NCBI GenBank assembly: GCA_020137815.1
Contig: CM035351.1
Coordinates: forward strand, 8,432,001-8,496,000
DNA: 64,000 bases
Reading direction: 5' to 3'
Source of the DNA: Hormiphora californensis
Taxonomy: Eukaryota > Animalia > Ctenophora
The position numbers and the translations under genes were made by a program. Shown here piece after piece: positions 28,082 through 40,391 of this stretch (positions are counted from its first letter, which is position 1; every line of letters begins with the position of its first letter). The notes below the pieces were generated by a model. It was not told where the DNA came from, did no database searches, and saw only the letters and a list, made by a program, of their open reading frames with translations.

Positions 28082-28398
28082 TCATGATACCCTCTCACTC
28101 GGCAGCAGATCCCTGATAGAGATAATGTCCACCCGATAGGGGCTTGTATCTGTAATAGACCCATCACGACAATCAACAGTTACCATAACATCAGTACCAT
28201 CGCGGGTGAGATGTGTTACTTGGACAGTTCCGTCGGCTCGGTGGATCAAATCAGGGTACTGGTCAAGAAGGCTCTTGTAGGTATCTGTAGAGATGGGGGA
28301 GGTGGTAGAGGGGCTGTTGGGTGCTGGGCAGGGAGGCGTGGAGGGAGAGAGGACATGGAGGGAGATAGATATCGAACACTCTTCCACCATTCTTCCAT
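28082..28398 (-). CDS. Possible short or frameshifted unknown coding segment
   Basis: CT tract plus TATAG|C-ATG at 28398; protein-like stretch DTYKSLLDQYPDLIHRADGTVQVTHLTRDGTDVMVTVDCRDG lies in a neighbouring frame (ATG 28390). Not recognised. Confidence 0.3.
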
Positions 28399-28642
28399 GC
28401 TATAACTGTTATATACAGAGAGAGGGAGAGAGAGAGATAGAGAGGGAGAGAGAGAGATAAAGAGATAGAAAGAGAGGGAGAGAGATAGAGTGAGAGCGGA
28501 AGAGAGAGAGAGAGAGAAATAAATAATCAAACATTGTCTAATATATCAGACGTACACACACACTGACACACATTACACAGTGCATGCACAGGCGGACAAC
28601 ATACAGAGAAAAGGGGAGATAGATGGGGAGAAAAAGAGAAAA

Positions 28643-28674
<32 letters not shown>

Positions 28675-28675
<1 letters not shown>

Positions 28676-31628
28676 AACCTATGGAAACCTATGGAAAGAA
28701 GTTAGGCGCTAGGCGCCAGAGGTATACCTTTAATGAGGCAGACCTGCGGAGATCCAGCTCAGGATACTGTTCTTGTTAGGACAGCGTGTATCCTCTTACT
28801 GGTGGGCTGTTGGGAAGTTAGAAAGGTAGGCATCCAGGGCAGACTTTACTCCAGCGGCAGTCTCCCTGTCCTTGATGTTCCCAGGTACAGCGTTGAACAG
28901 TGCTAAGGAAGATGACGTGAACCCGTTGAATATGAGTGTATTCACTCCTTTCAGTCGGGCCTTCCCTAGCGGTCGTTCAGCAGTGGGTCCTCGCCTTAGG
29001 GACATACGGAGTTGATATCACCGTGGTTAGGTAACAGTCCCTTCCATATCTTCCACATAGTGAGGATTTTAAACCTCTCTCTTCGTCTTTGGAGCGACCA
29101 AAGACCCAAGGTCTTAAGGCGAGCCCAGTAGTCCATGTCCTCACAACCTTTGATATTTGACGTGAAAGATCTCTGGACGGCTTCAACTCTTTCAATTTCA
29201 CCAATGAGGTGAGGATCCCATAGAGGTGAGCAGTACTCTAAAAGAGGTCTCACGTAGGACTTGTAGAGTTGGAGCATATGATCCGGTTCTCTGGTCCGGA
29301 ATGTTCTTAGTATCCATGAAGCCATTTTTCTAGCCTTCTTGGTAATGTCAGTTATGTGTGACTTCCAAGATAGGCCCGGATCAACATTTATACCAAGATC
29401 CCTTACACTTCAGATCCCACTACTTCGGTTTGTGGGTTCAGTGGTAGGGTTTTAAGTTCCTGGTTACTTCCGTGCTGCAATAGCTGGAACTTCTCAGCAT
29501 TGAACTTCATACTGTTCAGTTCCGCCCACTCCTCGATCCTTTTCATGTCCTGTTAGGAGCAAGGACCTGTCCTCCTCGGTGGTGATGGTTTTATGGACTT
29601 TGCTGTCATCAACAAACATCTTCACCATACTGTGATGAGTAACCGTTGGTAAGTCATTGATATAAACTAGAAAGAGGAGCGCCGCCAGTACAGTGCCCTG
29701 CGGTACTCCGGACAACACCCTTGCTTGGGAGGAGTGGATCCATTGACCACCACGACTTGGGTTCTGTTCGAAAGAAAGCATTCCAGCCAAGCTAGCAGGG
29801 TACCTCCAATCCACAGAGCCCAATTTCTGAAGCAGTCTCTTGTGGCTCACTCGATCATATGCTTTGCTGAGATCCAGATACAGCACATCGACATTGTGGC
29901 CCTGTTCCAGATCATGTAGCACGTCATCCAAGTGTTGAGCGAGCTGGGTAAAACAGGAGTGTCCCGTTCTACTTCCATGTTTGATCTTTGGTGAAGAAGC
30001 CCGATTTCTCAACAAAGTCAGACATTTGAGATCGTATCACCCTTTCAGCTACTTTGGCCAGGTGCGATGTAACGACCACGGTCTATAATTTGCTGGGTCG
30101 CCCTACTACCCTTTTTAAACACTGGAACGATTGTCTGTTGTTTGAACAAGGGCGCTATGTCTCCTGTGTCCATAGATAACCGCCAAAGTGTGGCCATTAC
30201 GGGTGAAAGTTGTGTTCCGCATTCCTTCAGCACAATAGAAGGAAATTTGTCCGGCCCAGGAGCAGAACTTGGAGATATAGCTTTGATTGCGGCCAGAACC
30301 AGCTCCGCTGAGAATTCTATATCTGTTAAGCAGTCACTTGTAGGTGCAGGAGGACCGTCATTAGGATCTTCCATAAGGTGGTCATTTTCAGGTATGCTAA
30401 ATACACCTGTGTATTGTGACTGGAGTATCTCTGCCATTTTGGAGGGATCTGACTGCAGGGAACCGTCCATGTCATGCAATGGGCCTATATTACATGATGA
30501 TACCTTCTTTCTATTAGCGTAGGAATAGAAGGCTTTAGGATGCGGCTTCATCTTTTTGAGAGCCTGGGTCTCTTCCTGATTACTTTGGTTAGCAATACTA
30601 GATCCCATTTCTAGCTCAATACTACCTAGCTTGGAGTACAGGCTGTCCAAAAGAACACTGTCATTAGGATTTCTCTCTTTAACAGCGTGGACTCTGCTGG
30701 TGAGGCACCTCTTTTTCCTTAGGAGAACTTGTCTGTCACGGGGGATCTTAGATCTCCTCTTGGAGGGCTTGTGTTCGGGGGCATGTTTTGCACAGATATG
30801 TGCCACTGTGTCACTGAAGAATTTCCAAGCAAGCTCCTGGGATGGGGCGGATGTTACTGGGGTCCAGTCAACCTTTAGTAAATCCTCCCTTACAAGTTCC
30901 CAATTTGTTTTGTGTATATTTATCCTATCGAAAGTCGTCATAGGCACAAATGAATTGCTTGGGGCATCTCTAGGAAGAATGCCCTCTATTCCCGGGACTT
31001 CACTTGACCTTAGCGTGTAGCTTATCAGGTCATGGTCGGATAACATGGTTTTGGTGACTTTAATATCATGAATCAAGTCTCCGTTATTAACCAAGACGAG
31101 ATCCAGAATATTTTTTCCTGCTCTTGTTGGCTCATCAACTATTTGCTCTAAAAGCAGGTCGTCCATGAGTCTGAATATAGATTCTGCAGCTGATCGTTCT
31201 GAGGCTAGGACGTTTCGGCCGGGGATGATAGAATCAGTGCTCCAGTCTACAAACGGCAGGTTGAAGTCGCCGGATATTACAACTGTGGCAGTTGGGTAGG
31301 CTGAGCAGAACTTCCGTACTGCTTCACAGCAGTTACTGAAGTGATCCGGGGGGCAGCGATGGTCCGGGTGAGAGAATGATGCAGGGGGTCTATAGACTCC
31401 TACAACAATAATGTTGGCTGATTCTATGAATACCATGGATGCTTCACAGTAGGATGAGCTAAAGATTTTATGTTCGCTCACAGCCAGGTCTGCCCTTGTA
31501 TACACTGCCACACCTCCTTGTTTTCTCAGAATGCGGTCGGCTCTGTGTATGGTATACCCTTCAATCTCCACTTCTGCATCAAAAACTGTAGAATTGATAT
31601 GTGTTTCAGTAAGTGTGAAGAGATGGTA
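28675..31628 (-). mobile_element. Decayed, 5'-truncated CR1/L2-group LINE (APE and RT, multiple frameshifts)
   Basis: APE: LTETH, GGVAVY, GVYRPP, SGDFNLP, LDLVL, SDHDLI. RT: APGPDKF, LYLDLSKAYDRVSH, GVPQGTVL, FVDDSK, YKSYVRPLLEYCSPLWDP, LQRRRER. 3' tail of repeated TTTCCATAGG running into a CT tract. Confidence 0.9.
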
Positions 31629-31748
31629 AGAGAGAGAGAGAGAGATGAGTGCGAATAATAGGAGACGGACTGTAATACTCATCCTGTCAAAGTGCAATGA
31701 TCAATCTACTTTCAGCTGATTAGATTACCGTGCTAAGTGACGCTGTTG

Positions 31749-31814
<66 letters not shown>

Positions 31815-32522
31815 GAGAGATAGAGATAGAGAGAGAGTGAGGGAGAGTGAGAGTGAGAGAAAGGGTGGAGAGAAAGGGTGGAGAGAGGGGGAGGGGAAGA
31901 GAAATAAAAGGTGGGATAGAAAGGAAGAATCTAAGACAAGAGGAATAGAGCGAAAAAAGGCCAGTGGTGGGTGACAGTGAGATAAAAAAGAGAATCACAA
32001 AAAAGAAGGTAGAGACAGGATATAAAAGAGATAATTGTGGTAGAATTACGGAGAAACAGTAGTAAAGATAGACAAAATCCGTAGCTCGGTAGGACAGAGA
32101 GCATTTCTTGCACTGAATGTTGTTGGCCACACGATACAGTCTGAACACAGAACAAGTCACTTCATGGGAGAATGAGAGAGAGATTAAAATTAGGGTCTCG
32201 TGGCCTTGTTCAAAAAGCTAAACGGGATGGCCTGGTGTTGTTAATGGTATTGTCTTAATTTCGTGGCCGTGAGGGGGATTAAAGGGGCGCTTTAAAGAAG
32301 CCGAACTCCTTCACATGTAACACAGCCACACATGGAACAAAGATATGACCCAGAACAAAAGACTGCACAGACGCGTCTAGACTTTGTAGAGAAATGGCCT
32401 GCCTTTGCATCTAAATATACTATCTCTCTCACACACACGACATACAAAAACCATAGATCATCATCAATCAAGAAACATATCATTTCAAGGTATTCTAACC
32501 CAATTGTTTTGAAATACACTTA

Positions 32523-33701
32523 CTATTGTTGTGGCAATAATTCCCGGACTTTCCTGGAAATCTCCTCCAAGAAACGTTCCACAGTTTTAGGCATCGGTGG
32601 TAAAACCTCTACTGTTTCAGGCGACGTAACTCTGGCCGTGGGAACAAATATTTCCTGCTCAGTCAATGACACAGAAATATTCCTAGAATCTACCTCCTCA
32701 CCGTCAATCCACAACTTCCCCTCACCAGCCGGTTCTACCCTGATATTGTCAACAACATGATGGGAACCCATTGATAACAGTTGTTCAACAACACTCCTAG
32801 TGTGGTGTTCCTCAATAGGCCGTGCTACACCATCCCAATAATCACTAAACCCACTCACAGGCTTCTGTTTTATAACAGTTAAGGGTCCATCTCTATCTGG
32901 TAATACCAAACTAAGCGTCCCAAATGTTTGTTCGACGCCATTGTTCAATGAGGTAGAGATTGTTGAACCCCAAATGTCCGCATACCTTAGCATTCCATAA
33001 CCGAGGGATAGGAGACCAAACATAGTGCTATTATCCCATATTTTGTTCCGCAGGTCAATAAACCGTTTTGACATTCCCCAACTGAGATATGATAGGGCGA
33101 AGATAGTTTTCCCGGAATCTGGTTTAATTTCCATAATTGGAAGATTCTCCGTGCGGCCCTCGACAACACACTTCACACTCTGACATATCCTGTCCACCCG
33201 AGACAAATGGTCCTCCGAATTAATGATGCGATTACAGAAGTTGTTCCTGTCTCCGATCGGAATGTACCCCACCGGCAACTCACACCCCGCCCTCCGAATT
33301 GAGGTAATGGTATCCTGCAGCATTCCATCTCCACCCGCCACCACAAGGGCATCAGTACCAGTTGGGAGGTATTTTAGGAGGGAGCTAACATGCCCTTCGT
33401 AAGATGTGGGGACCACCACAAAGTTGATTCCACTCACTGACAACATGGGCAGGGCAAACTTTTTAAAGGTCTTCTCTGCTTTCCCATTGCCAGCTGATCC
33501 GTTTAGAAAGATGACAATTTGTTTTGCTCGTTCCTCCGGGTGGATTTTCTTGAGGCTGTGGTGACGTAGTTGATGACAATATTTATGAAGGAGTAAGTTT
33601 TCATGGTACCGGTTGTATCCATATCTTCCTCCTGCTGCGGCGAGTAGAGAAAAGACAATACTCTTCTTCCAGTGCGTTCGGATAGTCTTGAAGAGCTTCA
33701 T
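32523..33701 (-). CDS. AGK: Acylglycerol kinase, mitochondrial; single coding exon
   Basis: MKLFKTIRTHWKKS N-terminus, VIFLNGSAGNGKA, YEGH, VVAGGDGMLQD, IDGEE. Likely start ATG at 33701; the longer ORF start runs through a microsatellite. Confidence 0.93.
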   Translation of the reverse strand: MKLFKTIRTHWKKSIVFSLLAAAGGRYGYNRYHENLLLHKYCHQLRHHSLKKIHPEERAKQIVIFLNGSAGNGKAEKTFKKFALPMLSVSGINFVVVPTSYEGHVSSLLKYLPTGTDALVVAGGDGMLQDTITSIRRAGCELPVGYIPIGDRNNFCNRIINSEDHLSRVDRICQSVKCVVEGRTENLPIMEIKPDSGKTIFALSYLSWGMSKRFIDLRNKIWDNSTMFGLLSLGYGMLRYADIWGSTISTSLNNGVEQTFGTLSLVLPDRDGPLTVIKQKPVSGFSDYWDGVARPIEEHHTRSVVEQLLSMGSHHVVDNIRVEPAGEGKLWIDGEEVDSRNISVSLTEQEIFVPTARVTSPETVEVLPPMPKTVERFLEEISRKVRELLPQQ

Positions 33702-33862
33702 TTTTTCATTCTGCGATTCACTATAACACTTGAAATGCAACGGGTTAAAATGTGCAGAAGCACTAAGAGATATGGAGAGGATAGAGAAAGATATGGAGAA
33801 AGATATGGAGAGGTTAGAGAGAGAGAGAGAGAGGGAGAGAGAGAGAGAGAGAGATAGAGAGA

Positions 33863-33956
<94 letters not shown>

Positions 33957-34463
33957 TCCTCTTTTGATATGCCTGTGTGTGTACGATTTATAAAGAGGAT
34001 CGGCGAGATACATAGCTCATCGCAAGCACTTTAAAGAGAGGAGATAAGATCAAAGCTCTATATCTCTTTCTGTATCTTCATTTCTCTCAGTCTCATCCCG
34101 TCTCAGTAAATATCTTTCTCTTTGTCATATCATTCTCTCAATATCTCTCACTCTCCCTCTCTTCCTCTATCTCTCAATATCTCACACTCACCCTCTCTCT
34201 ATTTCTCAATATTTCTCACTCTCTTTCTTTCTCTGTTTCTAAGTCTCACTCTCTCGCTTTCTCTGTCTCTATGTCTCACTCTCTTGACCTCTGTAATTAA
34301 TTTGCGGGTAGCGCTTTTAATTGAAGACAAAGATATTGGTACGCATAGCAAACAAAAACACAAGGAGAGAGATAGAGGAAGCTTCTTGGTGACGCGTTGC
34401 CCTGCAGCAGTAGGAAAGACTCATGTTGGCAGTAAGTTGATCAGAGAAGAGAGATGATGAACA

Positions 34464-37435
34464 TCACGGGGGGAGCATGGGTAGGTGATGATGGAGATCT
34501 GATATTTTAAAAAGCTGCAGCCCCCTCCCTACTATTAACACCTCCCGAGTTGCTGTCCTCATCCCATTATTCATCTCCTCCTCCTCCTTCTTCTCCAGAA
34601 TATCATTCCCCTCCATACTCCTGACTAACAAGTCGGTGGGGATCCTGAACGTCAGTATAGAAGCAGTTCAGGATATTCAGGTCGGGTACACTGATAAGAC
34701 ACATTCTCTGATCACTCCCCACTGTTACCACTCTGTCATGGCCTACTGGTGCCACCCCTATACCTGCTGAGAAATGGACAGTTTCGCCGGGTGCTCACTC
34801 CAATAGCCAGACTTCCTAGAGTTATATCCCCGTCATCTCCTACAGTCACGATAACATCCTGACCAATCAGGGCCGTATCGTTCACTCCTGACTGATGGGC
34901 TCGGTAGGAACCAGAGGGGAGATTATGGTTACCACAAGTTGCAGCAGTGTGGTTCCCCGAAATGTGAAGACCGTGGATCATACCGAATGTCGTTGAGCAC
35001 AACACGACTGCAGCAGTATCCCCTACAGCAGCAGGGCCCCCTCCGCGAATAACTCTGGTAATGCAGTTACCAAAATATTCCGACTTGAGAGGCGTAAATG
35101 TGTTGAGCCCTTCAGATGATCCTCTAAATGAGATGATAGTGACACCTCCGTTTGACAGACCGGCCGCTATAAGAACTACCCCACCCTCCTCCCTAATATA
35201 ACACAGACTGGTGACTCGCTGGTCGCTCTCCGGGGTGCGCATATCAAATTTATAGTTGCACCCATATCCCACTGGTAGGTGGGTGTCGGAGGGGAGACAA
35301 TAATCTGACAGTAGATCCATATTTGATCTGCCCCACGCCCGGATCGAGCCCCTTCCCCCGGCGCTAAAGAGAAATGATGGAGAAAGGCAGACCGATCGGA
35401 TACTAGAGATATGGCCGGAATACCGAGATACCGCTGCTGAGGAAGGAGAGTGAGAGATAAGAGTGCAGTCCTCAGAGGCAGTAGTAAAGGAGGAAGGACC
35501 GGTAAACACGGCATCACAGATCTCCGCCCCGTGAGATGGAGGACAGAGAACACGGGAGGAGGAGGATTCTCTGTAACTCTCAGAAATTACCCTCACAATA
35601 GATGTGTTTATGTATGCGAAATAAATGCAGGAGTTACGGGATATTAGCATATCCCAACTTCTGTGGGAGCCTCCACAGTGGGCAGAGAACAAGGACTGAC
35701 CCGTCGCAGGGATGCCAAAGTGAAACATATCACTTTTAAAGTATTTGGCTTTCGACCCATCGGAGGTGAGGTGCTCCAGCCAATTAACCCCGGGGATACC
35801 CCTCTCCTTACCAGTGATTACAACTTCATTATTCTTGGTTATCTTTAGAAACCGTACCACCCCATCCCGACCTATAGACCGGACCTTGTCAGGCGACATG
35901 ATAGTTAGTTGTGTGACACCATTATCCCCGTGCAGTCCTCGGATGCTTGACAATGGGTGCATCACGCCCTGTTTATATAAATGTAGGCCGCCCTTTCTGT
36001 CTCCTGCTAGGAGCCGACCTCCAGATAATTCTAGAGCGGCCGTCACCCAGCGGTTCTTACAGGGCGGCAAGGCGAATGTTGCGGAGAGGGCGGCCACTCC
36101 CTCTGTCCTCCATAACCCGAGATGTCCACCCTCCTGACAGCTTAGAAAAGAGGAGGGAAAGAGGGAGGTGAGAGAATACACTTTACTGATATTTTCATTG
36201 TTCACCCGTTCTACAGTGTAGTCAACTTTATCAACCAGACATATCTCACCCCTCACTCCACCCACAACTATAACATCATCTAGCTGACAGAAAACTGAGT
36301 AAGATCCGAAATCTGATAGTATCGTTCTTGGCGGGATCTCTGGACCATGGACCTTTACGGTACCATCTGAATCACCGATAACCAACTCTCCTTCCCTGAC
36401 CCAGGATACCCATTTAGGAGTTGAGCAGGGTAGTGTGTACTCTCTCCTCTGTCTATCCTCCAAGTCTACCACCACACTTACAATGCCACCATCCCAACCA
36501 CCCGTTACAACTGTAAAGATGGAAGAGTCCTTAGCAACTTCGCCCCTAGCAACGTCACCCCTAGTAACGTCACCCTTAGCAAAGTCTCCCCTAGTAACCA
36601 CAGCAACACTCCTGATACCATGGCCAGTATGGGGCGTCCACCGTTCCTCTTCCTTCCCTGAATCTCCTCTCCATACAACGACAGTGTTGTCCTCACCGCA
36701 CGTCATCACCCTATCTTGGCCTAGAAGTGCTATCTTTAAAACACGGCCTGAATGGCCAAATAGTCTGTGAATTATACTTCCAGTGTGTCTATCCCACACA
36801 ATCAATGCTCGATCATCTGATACAGTGTAGAGTCTATCTCCAGTTAGCTTGGCATCGAATATCACCCCCTTGTGACCCTTGTAGGAGCGCTGTATGGCGG
36901 TGGAGGTGAGGGGAGTCCAGAGGATCAACTCATTAAAAACAGTCCCGGAGCACACGGTGAGAGTGGAAGAAGAAGAGACAATACACCCTCCATATACAAT
37001 GCAGGACACGTCACAGGAGATGCTTCTCTGCACCCGCAGCTTTGTGTCCAGAAGGGTGATGCTATTGTGTGAGAAGAGAAGGGCAAATAGGGCATCACAC
37101 TCAATCCACTCAGAAGAGACAATCCAGTCAGACAATCGCCTCTCAGCCACACCCACCATTATATCCTTCTTCTCGGAAAGGGAAACCACAGCAACGCTCC
37201 TTCCTCCACCAACCAACACATGACCCCCCTCTTCCCCCTGTGGAGTGAGCACGTGGATGGCTTGGTGAGCGAACACCTTACAGGAGGTGGTCGAGTCTGG
37301 GATATAACAGGAGGAGGTGGTCGAGTCTGGAATGTAGGTGAGGTGTGAGGAACACGCTGCCAGGATCCCACCATCTCCAGGGAGTGGGAGAAGTGCGGTT
37401 ACTGCAACTTTCGTCCTCGATACTTGACAAGCCAT
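34464..37435 (-). CDS. WDR6: WD repeat protein 6 (Trm734-like tRNA 2'-O-methylation cofactor); single coding exon with two apparent +1 frameshifts
   Basis: SGTVFNELILW, GHKGVIF, TVSDDR, LFGHSGRV, CGED, NRWVTAA, AGDRKGGLHLY, CGGSHRSWD, TASED, SAGGRG, AHQSGVN. C-terminus HFSAGIGV..VGSDQR..DVQDPTDL..VGRGLQLF is recovered after shifts at ~34777 and ~34640. Confidence 0.9.
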
Positions 37436-38390
37436 ATATATTGCTATACAGGGAGAGAGAGAGAGAGATGGTGGGTGGGTGGGGTTTTAGCAAAACACAC
37501 ATACACACAGGGCGGGGCGGAAACACAATTCACGACGCTTGTCCCCTGTCTCATCTACAAAAAGCATAAATATCACACATACATAATACAAACATTACTC
37601 CGGTGGTACACACTCACACAGTAAAGACGTGTGTGTGTGCGTGTCAACCGTTATTTTCATTATATACAAATCAGTCAACATCTCATCATCAGTCATATTA
37701 TCATTATTGTCATTCTTACTATAACATTTCTCGCTACGTAGGGTAGTAATTCTTGGAAAATTAGTAGTAATTCTTGGAAATCCCGCATAATAATTCATGT
37801 TCACGCAAACCCAGACAGAGATAGAGAGAGGAAAAGTGAGAGAGGGAGTGAGAGAAAAAGAAAGAAAATGAAAGAGAGTTAGTGAGAGAAAGGGAGAGAG
37901 AGAAGGAGAGAAGGGGTTGAGTAACGTGAGAACGTGAATGAACGGACTATAAGAAGACAATATGAAAGGCGAGTTAAATAAAAGGGGAGCAAGGGAAATA
38001 TAGTAGGACCTACATAAAGATTGATATGCGAGGAAAGACAAAGAGAACGGAGAGAGAATATGACTAGCCAGAATATGGGCGGTAGATCGGTAGAGAGGGA
38101 AAGATAATCATGATATAATGAGGGAGATGAGAAATAAAGAGAAGCAGAGAAGAGTTTGAACGGTTTGAAAACTGAGAAAGCACATCCGCGAAAAGATATA
38201 AACATTTTTGTGTGCGTGTTTAAATTGTTGAGGATGCTTGATAATAGAATGTAAGAACCAAATTATACACTGCATGGCTACTAAAGCTCCCTCATTTGAT
38301 GTTCCTTTCTCTTAAATATCTCTCTACATCTCTCGCTCTCTGTCTGTTAAAAAAACCCTCGCACACACACTCAAGAATGATGTAAAGTTT

Positions 38391-39735
38391 TTAAAGGACG
38401 ATCGTTAAAACCGGTTCAACCAGCACCTCCTCGGCCTCTTTAGGTTCCTCTGGCCGAATTGAAGGTGTGAGATTCTTGTACTTGTACCTCAAAACAAACC
38501 CAATCCTAACCGGTCCCTCACTACCCTCCATCTTTTTTACTTTGACAGTAAAGGTGACCTTGTTGAGTCTCCGTGAAATAACAACCTCTGGATCATCATC
38601 AAACTCGCTGCTCTGGTTTTCTGGATCAAACTGAGTGGTGTCATCTCGAGCAGCCAACACTATCTCCTTACCAGGTAGGACCACTTCTCCCGTCAGTGTC
38701 TTTAGAACGGGGTGTCCTTCAGGGATTGGCACTAGCTGGACAGGTAAGTTGTGTTCCGCAGGATTGGTTAGAGATAATTGAACTTTGGTAAAGGCGTCAT
38801 CCGTTATTTCCACCTTCTTGACAATGTGGAATCGTGGCACGAACCGGAGAGCAATTTGGTGAATTTTGAACTTGATAGAAGCAGGGTTAAACTCAGGTTT
38901 GCTAAGGTTGTGTTCGCACTTCCCTGCACCGCTGGGATCGCTTGACCATCAGATGAGTGCATCGTGCCTTTAGGTCGGTGGATTTGTAGACACTGTCACA
39001 GGGCTGGTTGATGCGTGAGGGAATGGTTGCATAATCATAAGCCTCACCTGGAGCCGTGTATAAACTCTCATCCGCCGGCTCCGTCTCCTCACTTGCCTCT
39101 ACCTTGACGAAACTCTTCACGATATTCTCGTCGAATTGCCCCGAGCCTGCCAAGTTCATGCTAAATGTACCGCGAAGCTTCGAGAAGGGGAGCAACTTGT
39201 CACTGATCCCCAGAGAACCAAGGAGACTTCCCCTTCGCTGTCTCTTTCTCTTCTCCATCTCGACCTTCTCTTTCTGCATCAGATGACGCCAGTAGTTTAT
39301 GACGCTGGACATCCACGCATCCTCGGGCGGAGTGTCAACCCACGGACCAGAGGTCGATTCTCGGTCAGGTTGGTTAATGTCCCGTGTTGTCCAGAAGCAA
39401 AAAGAACACTGTTGGTAGTATACCTTTTTGAACGATCCGAATCCCTTTAACTTGCCACCTCCATCTCGACGAACGGTCGGCACCTGAGCTGAACGGACCT
39501 GTAGGAAGTTGGTACAGTTCGGGCACTCAAGACAGCTAAGGCAGCGGTTTTTAGTAGACTTTGCGTCGGTTGAAGGGATGTTTTCCAGGCAGTGAGGACA
39601 GTAATAAGAATCAACCTCGTGAGAGAGACATCGGGGACACCGCAAGGTGACGCAGTACTTGCAGAAGAACAGGTAAATGAGTGGCATGGACTTGCCGCAA
39701 GAGCAAACATAGTTTACCTCGCATTCTGAGGACAT
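38391..39735 (-). CDS. DCTN4: Dynactin subunit 4 (p62); single coding exon with one apparent +1 frameshift at ~38920
   Basis: LFFCKYC..LRCPRCLSHEVDSYYCPHCLEN, KNRC..CLECPNC, CSFCFWTTRD, VKRSQRCRE/CEHNLSKPEFNPASIKFKI, LSLTNP, LAARDD, FDDDP. Confidence 0.93.
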
Positions 39736-40239
39736 GGCTATAAATAATTAGTTATTAACGGCGTTTGAATTTATTAAAAACATGGGAATATACAGCAAAC
39801 AGTCTTCAGAGCCCTGGAACGATATCTGATGCGCTAAAGAACCTTTGATTTGCCATTTTCGGGCTATCAACGGCTTTGAGACGGCTTTGGAAGTCCAAAC
39901 ATTTTTGATATTTTGCGAATACACGCCACAATCAAGTAAGCATTCAATTGAAAGCTGGTTCAATGGCCCTAAACCTCTTATTTCAAGGCTACTGTTTCAC
40001 TTTTCGACTTTCGGCCTTCGGGCCTTTCGTGAAAAAAGGAAGGGGAAAAAATTTAAAAAAAGTTTGAAAAGTTTTTTTTAAATTCACTGTTCGCGCGCGT
40101 TTGCAACAACTCGCAACTGCGCTGCATTTTACGAAAATGAACGTAACGCGCTAAATTGATAAGTTACCTATGCATTCATAAACACGCGCGTATCATATCA
40201 TGGATGTGCAAGTTTTCAAAAAAAGGAAAGTTTAAAAAA

Positions 40240-40391
40240 ATGAGGCCCCTCGGAAATGTTCAAGTCATGCACAATCAAGTCACGCCCACCAATCACAGCT
40301 CAGAACGCGCGAAGCACTCCGCGCGTTCTGAGCTGTGATTGGTGGGCGTGACTTGATTGTGCATGACTTGAACATTTCCGAGGGGCCTCAT
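40240..40391. promoter_or_regulatory. Perfect palindrome (72-bp arms, 8-bp spacer) with CACGCCC and CCAAT in each arm, between divergent DCTN4 and KIF24
   Basis: Arms 40240-40311 and 40320-40391; TCACGCCCACCAATCACAG and its reverse complement. Structure is certain; regulatory role is inferred. Confidence 0.65.

Noticed and set aside
28082-28084. Selenocysteine read-through of TGA
   Set aside because: No recognisable selenoprotein motif or SECIS seen.
33702-34013. N-terminal (SL)n extension of the AGK ORF and other SLSL/ERER ORFs
   Set aside because: Translation of CT/GA microsatellites; AGK homology starts at 33701.
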